Source: a virus (taxonomy: Duplodnaviria; Caudoviricetes). Taken from it: a DNA stretch of 41,203 nucleotides. Location: IMG/VR virus record IMGVR_UViG_3300022915_000004, positions 1 through 41,203 of that record; one strand, 5' to 3'. This document shows, piece by piece, positions 33,650-41,203 of the stretch. Position numbers and translations under genes: made by a program. Positions within the stretch are counted from its first letter, which is position 1, and each line of letters opens with the position of its first letter. The notes under the pieces are model-generated. The model had not been told where the DNA came from and ran no database searches. It saw nothing but the letters and a program-made list of their open reading frames with translations.

Positions 33650-35520
33650 AAAAATTCCAATTACTCATTTTAATATCCATTCTCTTTACAGCAATATCCT
33701 GTAAAAGAACGACTACAACTTCAGGCAATAGAGTAGCAACACATGAAGATGTTTTAAAGTATGGAGATTATATCAAAGAAGGTGATATGATTTTTGATAC
33801 ACCTACTAAAACATTTGAAGATGGTGTTAATCAACTTCGCTATACATCCATAAGCAAAACATTTCCTAATATCCGTGATAGTGCTACCCTTTGGATTGAT
33901 GGCAGTAAGATTGGACCACTATGTGAAGTTAGATTTTTAAATGACAATGAAACAAAACCGTGGTCGATTTCTTCAGCAACATTAAGACCTATTCCAGGCA
34001 CAAAGGTTGATGCAGTATACACACATAATTCTTATGGGGGTTTTCTATTTTTAATTCAAGGGTTAAAAAATTTCCGTGTCGATGGTGAAAGTGATGCATA
34101 CCCGGGTTTGTCAGTTTGGCCTACTGATAGAACTTATTTGCGTGGTACTTTTGGGATTTCAATAACATCAAAAGGAATTTATGAAGGGTTTCATGGATTT
34201 TCAATATCGGTTTTAGATGGTGGTACATTTAAAATTTCAGGTGTTGAAGGTGAACATGGTTTTTCATGCCTTAGATTTCAAGGTGGTAATTATGATTGGA
34301 CAATAGAATCAATTGAAATAACACGGTGTTATTTTCATGATACTGAAAGTGAAGGTACTTATATTGGTGCAACACACGGACCACCATTAGCAAAATTAAA
34401 AAATCTAAAATTCTACGATTGTATTTTATCACGTTGTGGATCAGAAGCAATCCAATTGCAACACTTAATAGGTAATGCATTCATTCATAACATCACGGCG
34501 TTTGCTACTGATGCAGGGTATCTTTCACAGTTTCAACCTTCACAAGATACCGGGTCACAATGGTCCGTAGATGAGGGAACCACAACCATCAGCAACATAT
34601 TTTTTGATACATGGGGTTCACATGCAGCAAATTTTTTTGGTTCTGATGCATACCCTAACGGTGGATATTCAAAAGTAATTTTTAAAAACATAGCTTTTAA
34701 TAATGGGCGTGGTGAACCTATTTACTTTCATAACTCCTTAAAGTACGGATTGAAATTATATTTTGATTCACTGTACATTCGAAAAACAAATGGTGATTAT
34801 TATATTGATAGTAAAACAACTCCTACTGATTGGCAAATTTCCGCTAACAATGGAACAGATAGTATTTATTTCAAAAATGTTTTTCATGATGGTTCACGAC
34901 CTAAAGTTTATCAGAATCTAAAAAAAATAATTGCTGCTGAACCAATTTTGATGGAAGAAATTCCTGATGTTGAATATGTACATTCAGGATTTAAAGAACC
35001 TGCACATAAAATTAAATTTTGGCGGCAATATTTAGCTGCATACATTTCAGGAAATGATACAACAAAGGTTTCAGTAGAACTTGATGATATTATGATAGAC
35101 CGTGAACCGGATCATCAGCCGGTTTTCTGCAAGGCAATTGTAAAACATAAAGCAACATCAACACGACCAAAAAATGATGCTGCACATTATGTTAAACTAA
35201 CATGGGATAGTTTAGGTGTTCGCTCTGATGATCCTGCATGGAAAAGTTGCAATCCACAATACCCATATCCACCTGATGATGTGAGAATTGTAAGTAGTAA
35301 TTTTTTCGGCAAACTTGGTATTGGATACATTCAGAAGAAACCTAATTGTGATGATCTTCTTGCAGAAATTAAAAAGCTAAAACAGATAATAACAGAAAAG
35401 GATAGAATTATTATAAACCTCACACGGTTAATTAATGGACTACCTTATTTATTTTGGATTTTATTAATCTTGAATATCGTTATCATTGTATTGATTTGGA
35501 AAAAGTGTTGCAAGAAATGA
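33646..35520 (+). CDS. Lipoprotein with right-handed beta-helix, C-terminal coiled coil and TM helix
   Basis: Signal MKKFQLLILISILFTAIS-C; ITRCYFHDTESEGTYIG / CILSRCGSEAIQLQ beta-helix rungs; LPYLFWILLILNIVIIVLIW-KKCCKK tail. Confidence 0.7.
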   Translation: MKKFQLLILISILFTAISCKRTTTTSGNRVATHEDVLKYGDYIKEGDMIFDTPTKTFEDGVNQLRYTSISKTFPNIRDSATLWIDGSKIGPLCEVRFLNDNETKPWSISSATLRPIPGTKVDAVYTHNSYGGFLFLIQGLKNFRVDGESDAYPGLSVWPTDRTYLRGTFGISITSKGIYEGFHGFSISVLDGGTFKISGVEGEHGFSCLRFQGGNYDWTIESIEITRCYFHDTESEGTYIGATHGPPLAKLKNLKFYDCILSRCGSEAIQLQHLIGNAFIHNITAFATDAGYLSQFQPSQDTGSQWSVDEGTTTISNIFFDTWGSHAANFFGSDAYPNGGYSKVIFKNIAFNNGRGEPIYFHNSLKYGLKLYFDSLYIRKTNGDYYIDSKTTPTDWQISANNGTDSIYFKNVFHDGSRPKVYQNLKKIIAAEPILMEEIPDVEYVHSGFKEPAHKIKFWRQYLAAYISGNDTTKVSVELDDIMIDREPDHQPVFCKAIVKHKATSTRPKNDAAHYVKLTWDSLGVRSDDPAWKSCNPQYPYPPDDVRIVSSNFFGKLGIGYIQKKPNCDDLLAEIKKLKQIITEKDRIIINLTRLINGLPYLFWILLILNIVIIVLIWKKCCKK

Positions 35521-35669
35521 AAAAGTTAGCAGCCATATTATTACCACTTATACTTTCCTGTTGCGTATCAATTATTTTTATTCCATACGACCAACAGGTA
35601 CCAAAGAAGCAGAAAGAAAAAATTCAATGTGATTCAATTAGATATGATAAATCCTATAAACGTAATTGA
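35517..35669 (+). CDS. 50-aa membrane peptide or lipopeptide
   Basis: MKKLAAILLPLILSCC...; ATGA overlap with the upstream gene. Confidence 0.5.
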   Translation: MKKLAAILLPLILSCCVSIIFIPYDQQVPKKQKEKIQCDSIRYDKSYKRN

Positions 35670-35844
35670 AGGAACAATTAACCAAGCATTAAACAGGAAT
35701 GAAGAACTTGTTACAGCCAGAAGGTTAATATGCAGCTATTGTGAATTCTATAATAAAGAAAATGATAGCTGCTTAAATTGTGGGTGTCCTATAAATAAAA
35801 AGGGCAGGGTAAGAAAATCACACTGCCCTATTAAGAAATGGTAA
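35644..35844 (+). CDS. Cys-rich small protein (DUF6171-like)
   Basis: RRLICSYCEF...CLNCGC...K...CPIKKW. Confidence 0.7.
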   Translation: MINPINVIEGTINQALNRNEELVTARRLICSYCEFYNKENDSCLNCGCPINKKGRVRKSHCPIKKW

Positions 35845-35847
35845 TTT

Positions 35848-36228
35848 CTATTTGAATTGTTCTCTTGAATATTCAACAATCAGTGTTTCATTCAACGTTA
35901 AGTTGTAAGGCACAAAAGTATAATGATCAGGGGCAATTTGTACTTTCATAGCACTTTTTGCACTGCTTAAACGTATGTGAATAGCATCACCTTTCTTCAT
36001 GTATACTATTGCAGTTTCACGGCAATCTAGTGTTTGGGCACCACCTAATTCATTAATACCATACGCAACTTCAATATCAAATGATCCTGCCGTGTGATCA
36101 ATTGGACTGAAATTAAGTTCGTATTCAAATAAACGATCATCAGGTGCAGGTTCTTCTTCACTGCATGAAGCAAGCATAAACAATAAAGCGATTATGCTAA
36201 TGGAGGTTTTAAACATTGGATTTTTCAT
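35848..36228 (-). CDS. Probable surface lipoprotein (moron)
   Basis: Lipobox LAS-C followed by SEEE; start reassigned downstream of its promoter. Confidence 0.7.
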   Translation of the reverse strand: MKNPMFKTSISIIALLFMLASCSEEEPAPDDRLFEYELNFSPIDHTAGSFDIEVAYGINELGGAQTLDCRETAIVYMKKGDAIHIRLSSAKSAMKVQIAPDHYTFVPYNLTLNETLIVEYSREQFK

Positions 36229-36240
36229 ATCGTTTTTTTT

Positions 36241-36248
36241 CAAAGGTA
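36241..36248 (-). promoter_or_regulatory. -7 promoter element for the lipoprotein gene
   Basis: TACCTTTG on the minus strand, 12 bp upstream of ATG 36228. Confidence 0.6.
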
Positions 36249-36307
36249 GTATGATTCAATTTTTATTTTCTGTTGAAAGGAACTGAATAGGTACATGTAT
36301 TATTTAA

Positions 36308-36616
36308 TTAATCATTTTCATTGCATGCACACCAATAACAATCTTCCATATCAATTGCAGCAGATTCAGCTTTTCCACTATAGGGAAATCTAAATTTAGA
36401 TTCAATTAATCCGGGTGATGTTTCATATCCGGTTTTTTTATTGGTATGCATTTTATAGGACCAATACCCTTTTGCGTTTACTAAAAATTCTACCTTTAAT
36501 GAACCTATGTATCTGCAATATGATGCAGTCCTATTTGAAATTTCATCCATGAAACAAATTTCTTTTTCTGAATCAGTTAGATTTAAATTTTCAAATCTTC
36601 CAAAGTGTGTTTTCAT
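36308..36616 (-). CDS. Hypothetical protein
   Basis: 102-aa ORF in small-gene cluster. Confidence 0.65.
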   Translation of the reverse strand: MKTHFGRFENLNLTDSEKEICFMDEISNRTASYCRYIGSLKVEFLVNAKGYWSYKMHTNKKTGYETSPGLIESKFRFPYSGKAESAAIDMEDCYWCACNEND

Positions 36617-36810
36617 ATTACGGGTTTAGTTTTCATTAAATATGTTTCCAATTCCATACAGGCTTTTTTAATAGCCACTAATGGTTCTAAAATATTATCA
36701 TCTAAAGGTTCTTTTGAATAAAATTGATAACATTTTTCCCATGTTTCCATAGTAAAAACTATCATTTCATTGCGCTTGTTAATTTCTCTGATTGTTGTGT
36801 TCGTTATCAT
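36613..36810 (-). CDS. Hypothetical protein
   Basis: 65-aa ORF, ATGA overlap. Confidence 0.6.
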   Translation of the reverse strand: MITNTTIREINKRNEMIVFTMETWEKCYQFYSKEPLDDNILEPLVAIKKACMELETYLMKTKPVI

Positions 36811-36816
36811 AGTCGT

Positions 36817-37047
36817 TTAGTTTTCATTGATTTGTTTCACTTCTGCAACACGATTTGAATCAATAGTAATTTCATACTTCCAAACATCACCATCACCATC
36901 ATCTACCGACACGGTAACAATTTTATTACCGTTGAAAATAATTGCATCAGCTAATTGCCGTGCAAACTTATTAAAATCCTGCTTCGAAGATATGTGATTA
37001 TTGAAATGCAGGTGAGTAACTTTTTGCTTTTCCATATTAAAATCCAT
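36817..37047 (-). CDS. Hypothetical protein
   Basis: 76-aa ORF. Confidence 0.6.
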   Translation of the reverse strand: MDFNMEKQKVTHLHFNNHISSKQDFNKFARQLADAIIFNGNKIVTVSVDDGDGDVWKYEITIDSNRVAEVKQINEN

Positions 37048-37204
37048 AAGCTTTTATTGAAAGAATGGTGGCCTGATTAAGATCAAAACCGTGATCTAAA
37101 AAAAGTTCTACAAGTGCAGCGATCACCACCCGTTTTTCTTCTGTTGCCTTGTATGGTGCAATCATTTGTGCAGCCATTTTTAACACTTGTGTTACTTGGT
37201 CCAT
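37037..37204 (-). CDS. 55-aa hypothetical protein (below ORF track cut-off)
   Basis: MDQVTQVLKMAAQMIAPY...SIKAYGF fills the gap. Confidence 0.55.
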   Translation of the reverse strand: MDQVTQVLKMAAQMIAPYKATEEKRVVIAALVELFLDHGFDLNQATILSIKAYGF

Positions 37205-37207
37205 CAT

Positions 37208-37399
37208 TTATAAAGATTGTTTTATTAGTTGCATTACATCAGCCTTATTTTTTTCTATACAAATAGAACGTTCATAAGTCATTTTTACCCATGCTTTCAT
37301 AAGTTCATTAAATTGCGTGTTAGGATTAAAACCATTAACCCTTGCAAATACTGCAATTTCTTCAATTTGATCTTGGTATTTTAATAATAAGGCTTCCAT
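37208..37399 (-). CDS. Hypothetical protein
   Basis: 63-aa ORF. Confidence 0.6.
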   Translation of the reverse strand: MEALLLKYQDQIEEIAVFARVNGFNPNTQFNELMKAWVKMTYERSICIEKNKADVMQLIKQSL

Positions 37400-37410
37400 A
37401 GTCGTAAAGT

Positions 37411-37599
37411 TTAACCGTTTAAAATGCTATTGTAATCTGATACAGACATTGTTTTTAACTCATATCCTAAAACGTGAATAACCACTGTTTCAGAATTTAC
37501 AAGTGTTACCGTTATATCCTTCATATCAGAAGCAATATCTTCAAAAGCCATCCAAGTCAATTTTTCGAATTCTTTAATAGTGATTGTTGTGCGTATCAT
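37411..37599 (-). CDS. Hypothetical protein
   Basis: 62-aa ORF, first gene after duplicated promoter copy 1. Confidence 0.6.
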   Translation of the reverse strand: MIRTTITIKEFEKLTWMAFEDIASDMKDITVTLVNSETVVIHVLGYELKTMSVSDYNSILNG

Positions 37600-37611
37600 A
37601 ACCGTTTTATC

Positions 37612-37674
37612 TAATTGGTATACAAATATACATTAATCTTGAATAACTTGTTACACTTTAACCATATTTATTTT
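37612..37674 (-). promoter_or_regulatory. Duplicated promoter cassette, copy 1
   Basis: TATATTTG -7 element (37623-37630, minus strand); 50/63 ungapped identity to 38761-38823. Confidence 0.75.
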
Positions 37675-37831
37675 TAATCTTTTCTATCATTTTTTCGACC
37701 TTCGCAACTAAGGAAATCGGTATACGCATTATTTTGGTAGGTTCTTTTTTGTCGGCTTCATTCATCCTGAAGCCGACTTTTCTACCTGATCCTTCACGTG
37801 CACCACCGTGCTTTTTTTTCTTATTTTTCAT
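37658..37831 (-). CDS. 57-aa DNA-binding protein, AT-hook-like plus RHH-like (below ORF track cut-off)
   Basis: HGGAREGSGRK followed by EPTKIMRIPISLVAKVEKMIE. Confidence 0.75.
   Translation of the reverse strand: MKNKKKKHGGAREGSGRKVGFRMNEADKKEPTKIMRIPISLVAKVEKMIEKIKNKYG
37751..37781 (+). terminator. Plus-strand terminator-like hairpin inside the small DNA-binding gene
   Basis: GTCGGCTTCA-N7-TGAAGCCGAC-TTTT. Confidence 0.55.
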
Positions 37832-38537
37832 CTTGTTTAGTAGTTACATAATCGCTTGATAAAAATTCTTTAAAGGCTTCTTCTCTAACGGTGGTAAGTT
37901 GCATTCCACCACGCACGCACACACGCACAAAACCCTTAACAACACCATAATGTTTAGACTGCCACCCGTTGAAAACCTTCTGTAATTTATCTTGATTCAT
38001 ACCTTTTAAGGCTTCAAAAATTTCCTTAACACTTACACCATCAGGTCTATCAAAGGTAATTTTGGCTTCACTGTATCCACCATCATTAACATTTTCACCT
38101 TCTACATTGTATGCCGGTGCTTTTTCAAAGGAAACTTTATAATCTACTCCTTTAATTACTGGACGTGCAATTGATTTTCCAATGTTCAATATTTCCGCAA
38201 TGTTCGCACGTTGTGTATCTGTTAATTTGTCAATACCTCCAATTTCTTCTATGAAAGCTTCTACCTTTGCACGTTCAGTGTACATACCAACACCTGACCA
38301 TTCAATGTGATTATTATCCGTGTTAATATACATAACTCCTAAAGTAATGTAGGTGCTTTTCTTTTCAGCATTTACACGACCATTTTTAGGGTTAATTGTC
38401 CATTGCACCAAACGATCACCCTTTTTTGGAGTAGTTTCTATGTAGTAGAACATAGATGTTCTTAACCTGCCATAAGGGTAATTCTTTACTTCTAAAGCTG
38501 TTTCTTTTGAAGTGTGACCAAAGATGTAATTTTTCAT
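37821..38537 (-). CDS. Hypothetical phage protein
   Basis: GHTSKETALEVKNYPYGRLRT...WTINPKNGR..AEKKSTY; 238 aa. Confidence 0.75.
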   Translation of the reverse strand: MKNYIFGHTSKETALEVKNYPYGRLRTSMFYYIETTPKKGDRLVQWTINPKNGRVNAEKKSTYITLGVMYINTDNNHIEWSGVGMYTERAKVEAFIEEIGGIDKLTDTQRANIAEILNIGKSIARPVIKGVDYKVSFEKAPAYNVEGENVNDGGYSEAKITFDRPDGVSVKEIFEALKGMNQDKLQKVFNGWQSKHYGVVKGFVRVCVRGGMQLTTVREEAFKEFLSSDYVTTKQDEK

Positions 38538-38565
38538 TTGCTGTAGTGTTTAATTGTTAATTGAT

Positions 38566-38748
38566 TTATTTAGATACCTTATAAAATTTTGCTTCTACTT
38601 CGAACACAACATTAGATGATCGCGTGTTCCAAATACCATCATCATATTTATCTGCAATGATGTGTTTGTTTCCTTCAGCATCTATTAAAATGATACCTGT
38701 TTTAAAATCTTCAATTGTTGCTGTTCTTAGTTCTGTTGCCTTTTTCAT
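38566..38748 (-). CDS. Hypothetical protein
   Basis: 60-aa ORF, first gene after duplicated promoter copy 2. Confidence 0.6.
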   Translation of the reverse strand: MKKATELRTATIEDFKTGIILIDAEGNKHIIADKYDDGIWNTRSSNVVFEVEAKFYKVSK

Positions 38749-38760
38749 ATCCTTAATTAT

Positions 38761-38823
38761 TAATTGATATGTAAATATAGGTCTATTTTGATTAAGTTGT
38801 TACAAAATAACCATATTTATTTT
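38761..38823 (-). promoter_or_regulatory. Duplicated promoter cassette, copy 2
   Basis: Homologous to 37612-37674; -7 element variant TATATTTA. Confidence 0.7.
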
Positions 38824-38871
38824 ATGCCTTGGAAATCAGGCTAAAAACAGGGTTTTATGATAGTTAGAATT

Positions 38872-39438
38872 CTATCTTTTTTCGTGTATTTGGATTTTCA
38901 TTTTGTTTGGTGCGGGTGTACTACCACCAAAATAAGGATAGCAGCGGGAACGTTCTGTGATTTGTCCACATGTTCGTGTTCTGCTTATCGTGGAATCTGT
39001 ATTATTAAACTTAAAATAATAATAACCTTCATCGGCATGAATCTCATAATTATCTTTTCTGTTTGGAACAGTCTCACCCATTTTAAAATATATTCTTACA
39101 CTATCACTATAGGCATAGGCAAAGATTTCAATATTTCCTTTGCCATCATGCCGCCATGCAAACCTTGCAGAATTATCATGTATCAGACTACCACAATCAA
39201 CAAAGCCATAAAGTTTATTTAGATCACCTTCGCCATCGGTGCAAGCGATATTATAAAGACACGAACGTTTAAACCTTGCATCAAAACGCAAAACACTTTC
39301 GGAGTAGTAAGATATTAATTCGTGTTTACTGTAATGTCGATTTTGTTCGATCACGTATGTATCCCAATACAAACCATGCATAAGTAATAATCCCATTTTA
39401 AAAAAAATATTTTCCATTGATTTAAAAAGGAAATTCAC
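38872..39438 (-). CDS. Beta-sandwich (ConA/lectin-like) protein, start uncertain
   Basis: DLNKLYGFVDC..IHDNSARFAWR...IFAYAY...YPYFGGSTPAP. Confidence 0.55.
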   Translation of the reverse strand: MNFLFKSMENIFFKMGLLLMHGLYWDTYVIEQNRHYSKHELISYYSESVLRFDARFKRSCLYNIACTDGEGDLNKLYGFVDCGSLIHDNSARFAWRHDGKGNIEIFAYAYSDSVRIYFKMGETVPNRKDNYEIHADEGYYYFKFNNTDSTISRTRTCGQITERSRCYPYFGGSTPAPNKMKIQIHEKR

Positions 39439-39697
39439 CTTTACCTTTAGTTATATCTTTTACCAAAAATTCTAAATTTCTAATACTTTCATTAGCTTTC
39501 AAAAGAAGTGATCTTAATTTTTCAATTTCAACATCTTTCTTTTTCATCCTGCTTGCTGCATAATTCATTATGTCTGAAGCTAGTTTGTGCTTTTGCCTAA
39601 TATCAATACCTCCTTCGTAATTATTAACCCATTCAACGGCAATCTTTCGTGCTTCAGGTTCTATTTCATGGAATGGAATTAAATTATATTCTTTCAT
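39422..39697 (-). CDS. Hypothetical protein
   Basis: 91-aa ORF with coiled coil. Confidence 0.65.
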   Translation of the reverse strand: MKEYNLIPFHEIEPEARKIAVEWVNNYEGGIDIRQKHKLASDIMNYAASRMKKKDVEIEKLRSLLLKANESIRNLEFLVKDITKGKGEFPF

Positions 39698-39867
39698 GCT
39701 TCTGATTTTATACCAATGTTGGGATTAAGATTTAAATAATCCAGTATTAATTTTGCTTCATCAAATGTTAAACAGATAATTGCATTCTGATATGTTGGAT
39801 TGTGAAGGATGGCATTCATTAATGATTCATCCAACTTCAATAAAATAGCTCTAAGTTTTTCATCCAT
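39694..39867 (-). CDS. 57-aa hypothetical protein (below ORF track cut-off)
   Basis: MDEKLRAILLKLDESLMNAIL...; overlaps both neighbours by a few bases. Confidence 0.55.
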   Translation of the reverse strand: MDEKLRAILLKLDESLMNAILHNPTYQNAIICLTFDEAKLILDYLNLNPNIGIKSEA

Positions 39868-40123
39868 TCAATACATCAATTTGAAATTTTCCGCACGTAG
39901 GCCAATTTGCTTTGTGATCCGTTTTAGGTCCGTTAGTGTTGCCACGGTATTCACATTTAAAATAATGTTTAGAAAATCTTTTCCTGAAGAAAAATTTACA
40001 GTGCTTACATCTAAATTCAGTAGGTCCATTTCCATAAGCCTTAACCATTGGATTAATAGCACGAAGTTTTTTGTGCACTTCTTCTGAATCTATTTCTTCA
40101 CCTAATAAATTAATGTACTTCAT
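39860..40123 (-). CDS. Small Cys/His putative Zn-binding protein
   Basis: CKHC...KC...TDHKANWPTC. Confidence 0.7.
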   Translation of the reverse strand: MKYINLLGEEIDSEEVHKKLRAINPMVKAYGNGPTEFRCKHCKFFFRKRFSKHYFKCEYRGNTNGPKTDHKANWPTCGKFQIDVLNG

Positions 40124-40461
40124 TTTATGTAATCAAGTTGTAACCCTTCTGATAATTTTAGTATTTTTACTCCTTCACTTATACATGCTTTTTCTAAAGC
40201 ACTTACTTCACGAACGTTATACGTAACACCACACCACGGATATTTGTCAGTCCAGGCACCATAGATTCTTTTCATTTCTTCCTTCGTAAATCCTAAATCA
40301 GTTTCAATTTCCAAATGAAGTCCAACTATGCCATCATAATTTTCACCAATCCGTACATTCACATATTGAAATACAACACCGTTTTTTCTGGATAATGAAA
40401 CGAACAAATTATAAATTTCAACCATTTCATCAGTAAAATTTTTAGGCTTCTTCATAATCAA
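40120..40461 (-). CDS. Hypothetical protein
   Basis: 113-aa ORF, ATGA overlaps. Confidence 0.65.
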   Translation of the reverse strand: MIMKKPKNFTDEMVEIYNLFVSLSRKNGVVFQYVNVRIGENYDGIVGLHLEIETDLGFTKEEMKRIYGAWTDKYPWCGVTYNVREVSALEKACISEGVKILKLSEGLQLDYIK

Positions 40462-40760
40462 TGATACATTTTATTTTTTTTATCCCTTGCCATTCTTATG
40501 TATTGTGAAAATACTAAACCGCTATCTAATGTCCATTGGAAATGAGAAGCAAACCAATATGATCCATCTATGTGCATTAACATTTCCCTATTGCCTTTTA
40601 AATGATCTTCAGGAAGTGCATGAACTTCAAATAAATGTTTTTTGAATTCATCGAATGAAAGGCTTCTAACATTTTTACAGTTTTCGTGATGGCAAGAGAA
40701 AAGATTAACAGGGTTTTTTCTCAATTCAATTTCATTCTGCTTTTCTTGTGTTGGTTTCAT
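40458..40760 (-). CDS. Hypothetical protein with possible C2H2-like Zn finger
   Basis: CHHENC...FKKHLFEVH. Confidence 0.65.
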   Translation of the reverse strand: MKPTQEKQNEIELRKNPVNLFSCHHENCKNVRSLSFDEFKKHLFEVHALPEDHLKGNREMLMHIDGSYWFASHFQWTLDSGLVFSQYIRMARDKKNKMYH

Positions 40761-40762
40761 AC

Positions 40763-41203
40763 TTAGTAGCTTAAATTCTTTTTATCAATGCCAATAATCT
40801 TATTTACATCCGTTGAATATTTCACGTGTGAATCTAATTCTTTCAATCGTTCTTGTATTTGTTCTTCGTTCCATTCAGGATGGCGTTCCCTTACTGTTAA
40901 TTCTTGAAAATGTTTTAATTGCTGATCAGCCTGATTAATATAATTTTGTTCAGGAGAAACATAAACTTTTTTTGCAGGTCTTACTTGTCCTTCTTTTTCT
41001 ATTTCATCACTAGTCATTTTTATAACCGGATTACTTTTTATACTATCAATTTCATCTTTCCATTTCTTATGCCAATCAACATTTGAAACTTCAGGATAAA
41101 CAGGTTTATAAAAATTTTCTTTTTCTTCCATCAACCTACTTTCCAGAAGTTGATATTTTTGTTCCAAATATATTGTAAACCAATTGCCAATGGTGATACC
41201 ATC
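40763..41203 (-). CDS. 3' part of the junction-spanning replication-module protein (starts at 510)
   Basis: Reading frame is open through the terminal repeat. Confidence 0.75.
   Translation of the reverse strand, partial: DGITIGNWFTIYLEQKYQLLESRLMEEKENFYKPVYPEVSNVDWHKKWKDEIDSIKSNPVIKMTSDEIEKEGQVRPAKKVYVSPEQNYINQADQQLKHFQELTVRERHPEWNEEQIQERLKELDSHVKYSTDVNKIIGIDKKNLSY
41078..41203. repeat. Terminal direct repeat, right copy
   Basis: Identical to 10-135. Confidence 0.95.

Noticed and set aside
1-41203. Alternative genetic code or stop-codon recoding
   Set aside because: Long genes are intact in the standard code; TAA, TAG and TGA all end genes at sensible positions

Overview
The window is an apparently complete, circularly closed genome (about 41.07 kb; positions 10-135 repeat exactly at 41078-41203) of an AT-rich temperate long-tailed phage of a Bacteroidota host. 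Host evidence: TAnnTTTG promoters, no obvious Shine-Dalgarno sites, SprB repeats, Bacteroidota-type integrase. It is in the excised state: a tyrosine integrase lies next to an intact attP made of the 3' part of tRNA-Leu(CAA), a terminator and TGTTCACCA arm-type repeats. Leftward early genes: Cro-like protein, RecT, YqaJ exonuclease, a C5-methyltransferase-like protein, a DUF4373-type replication initiator and many small ORFs. A short CI-like repressor is divergent. The rightward late operon runs terS (P22 gp3-like), terL, portal, protease, HK97-type capsid, neck, tail tube, tape measure, tail tip proteins and fibre. Most unusual: (1) a ~360-bp non-coding array of many different tandem repeats and palindromes between terL and portal that looks like a collection of unrelated protein-binding sites; (2) no recognisable endolysin, with the post-tail slot filled by an alpha/beta hydrolase and a 624-aa beta-helix lipoprotein with unimolecular-spanin topology; (3) host-type SprB repeats and CBM5/12-like modules inserted in virion proteins; (4) a frameshifted relic of a second integrase C-terminus. 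All family assignments come from motif recognition by eye, not from database searches.
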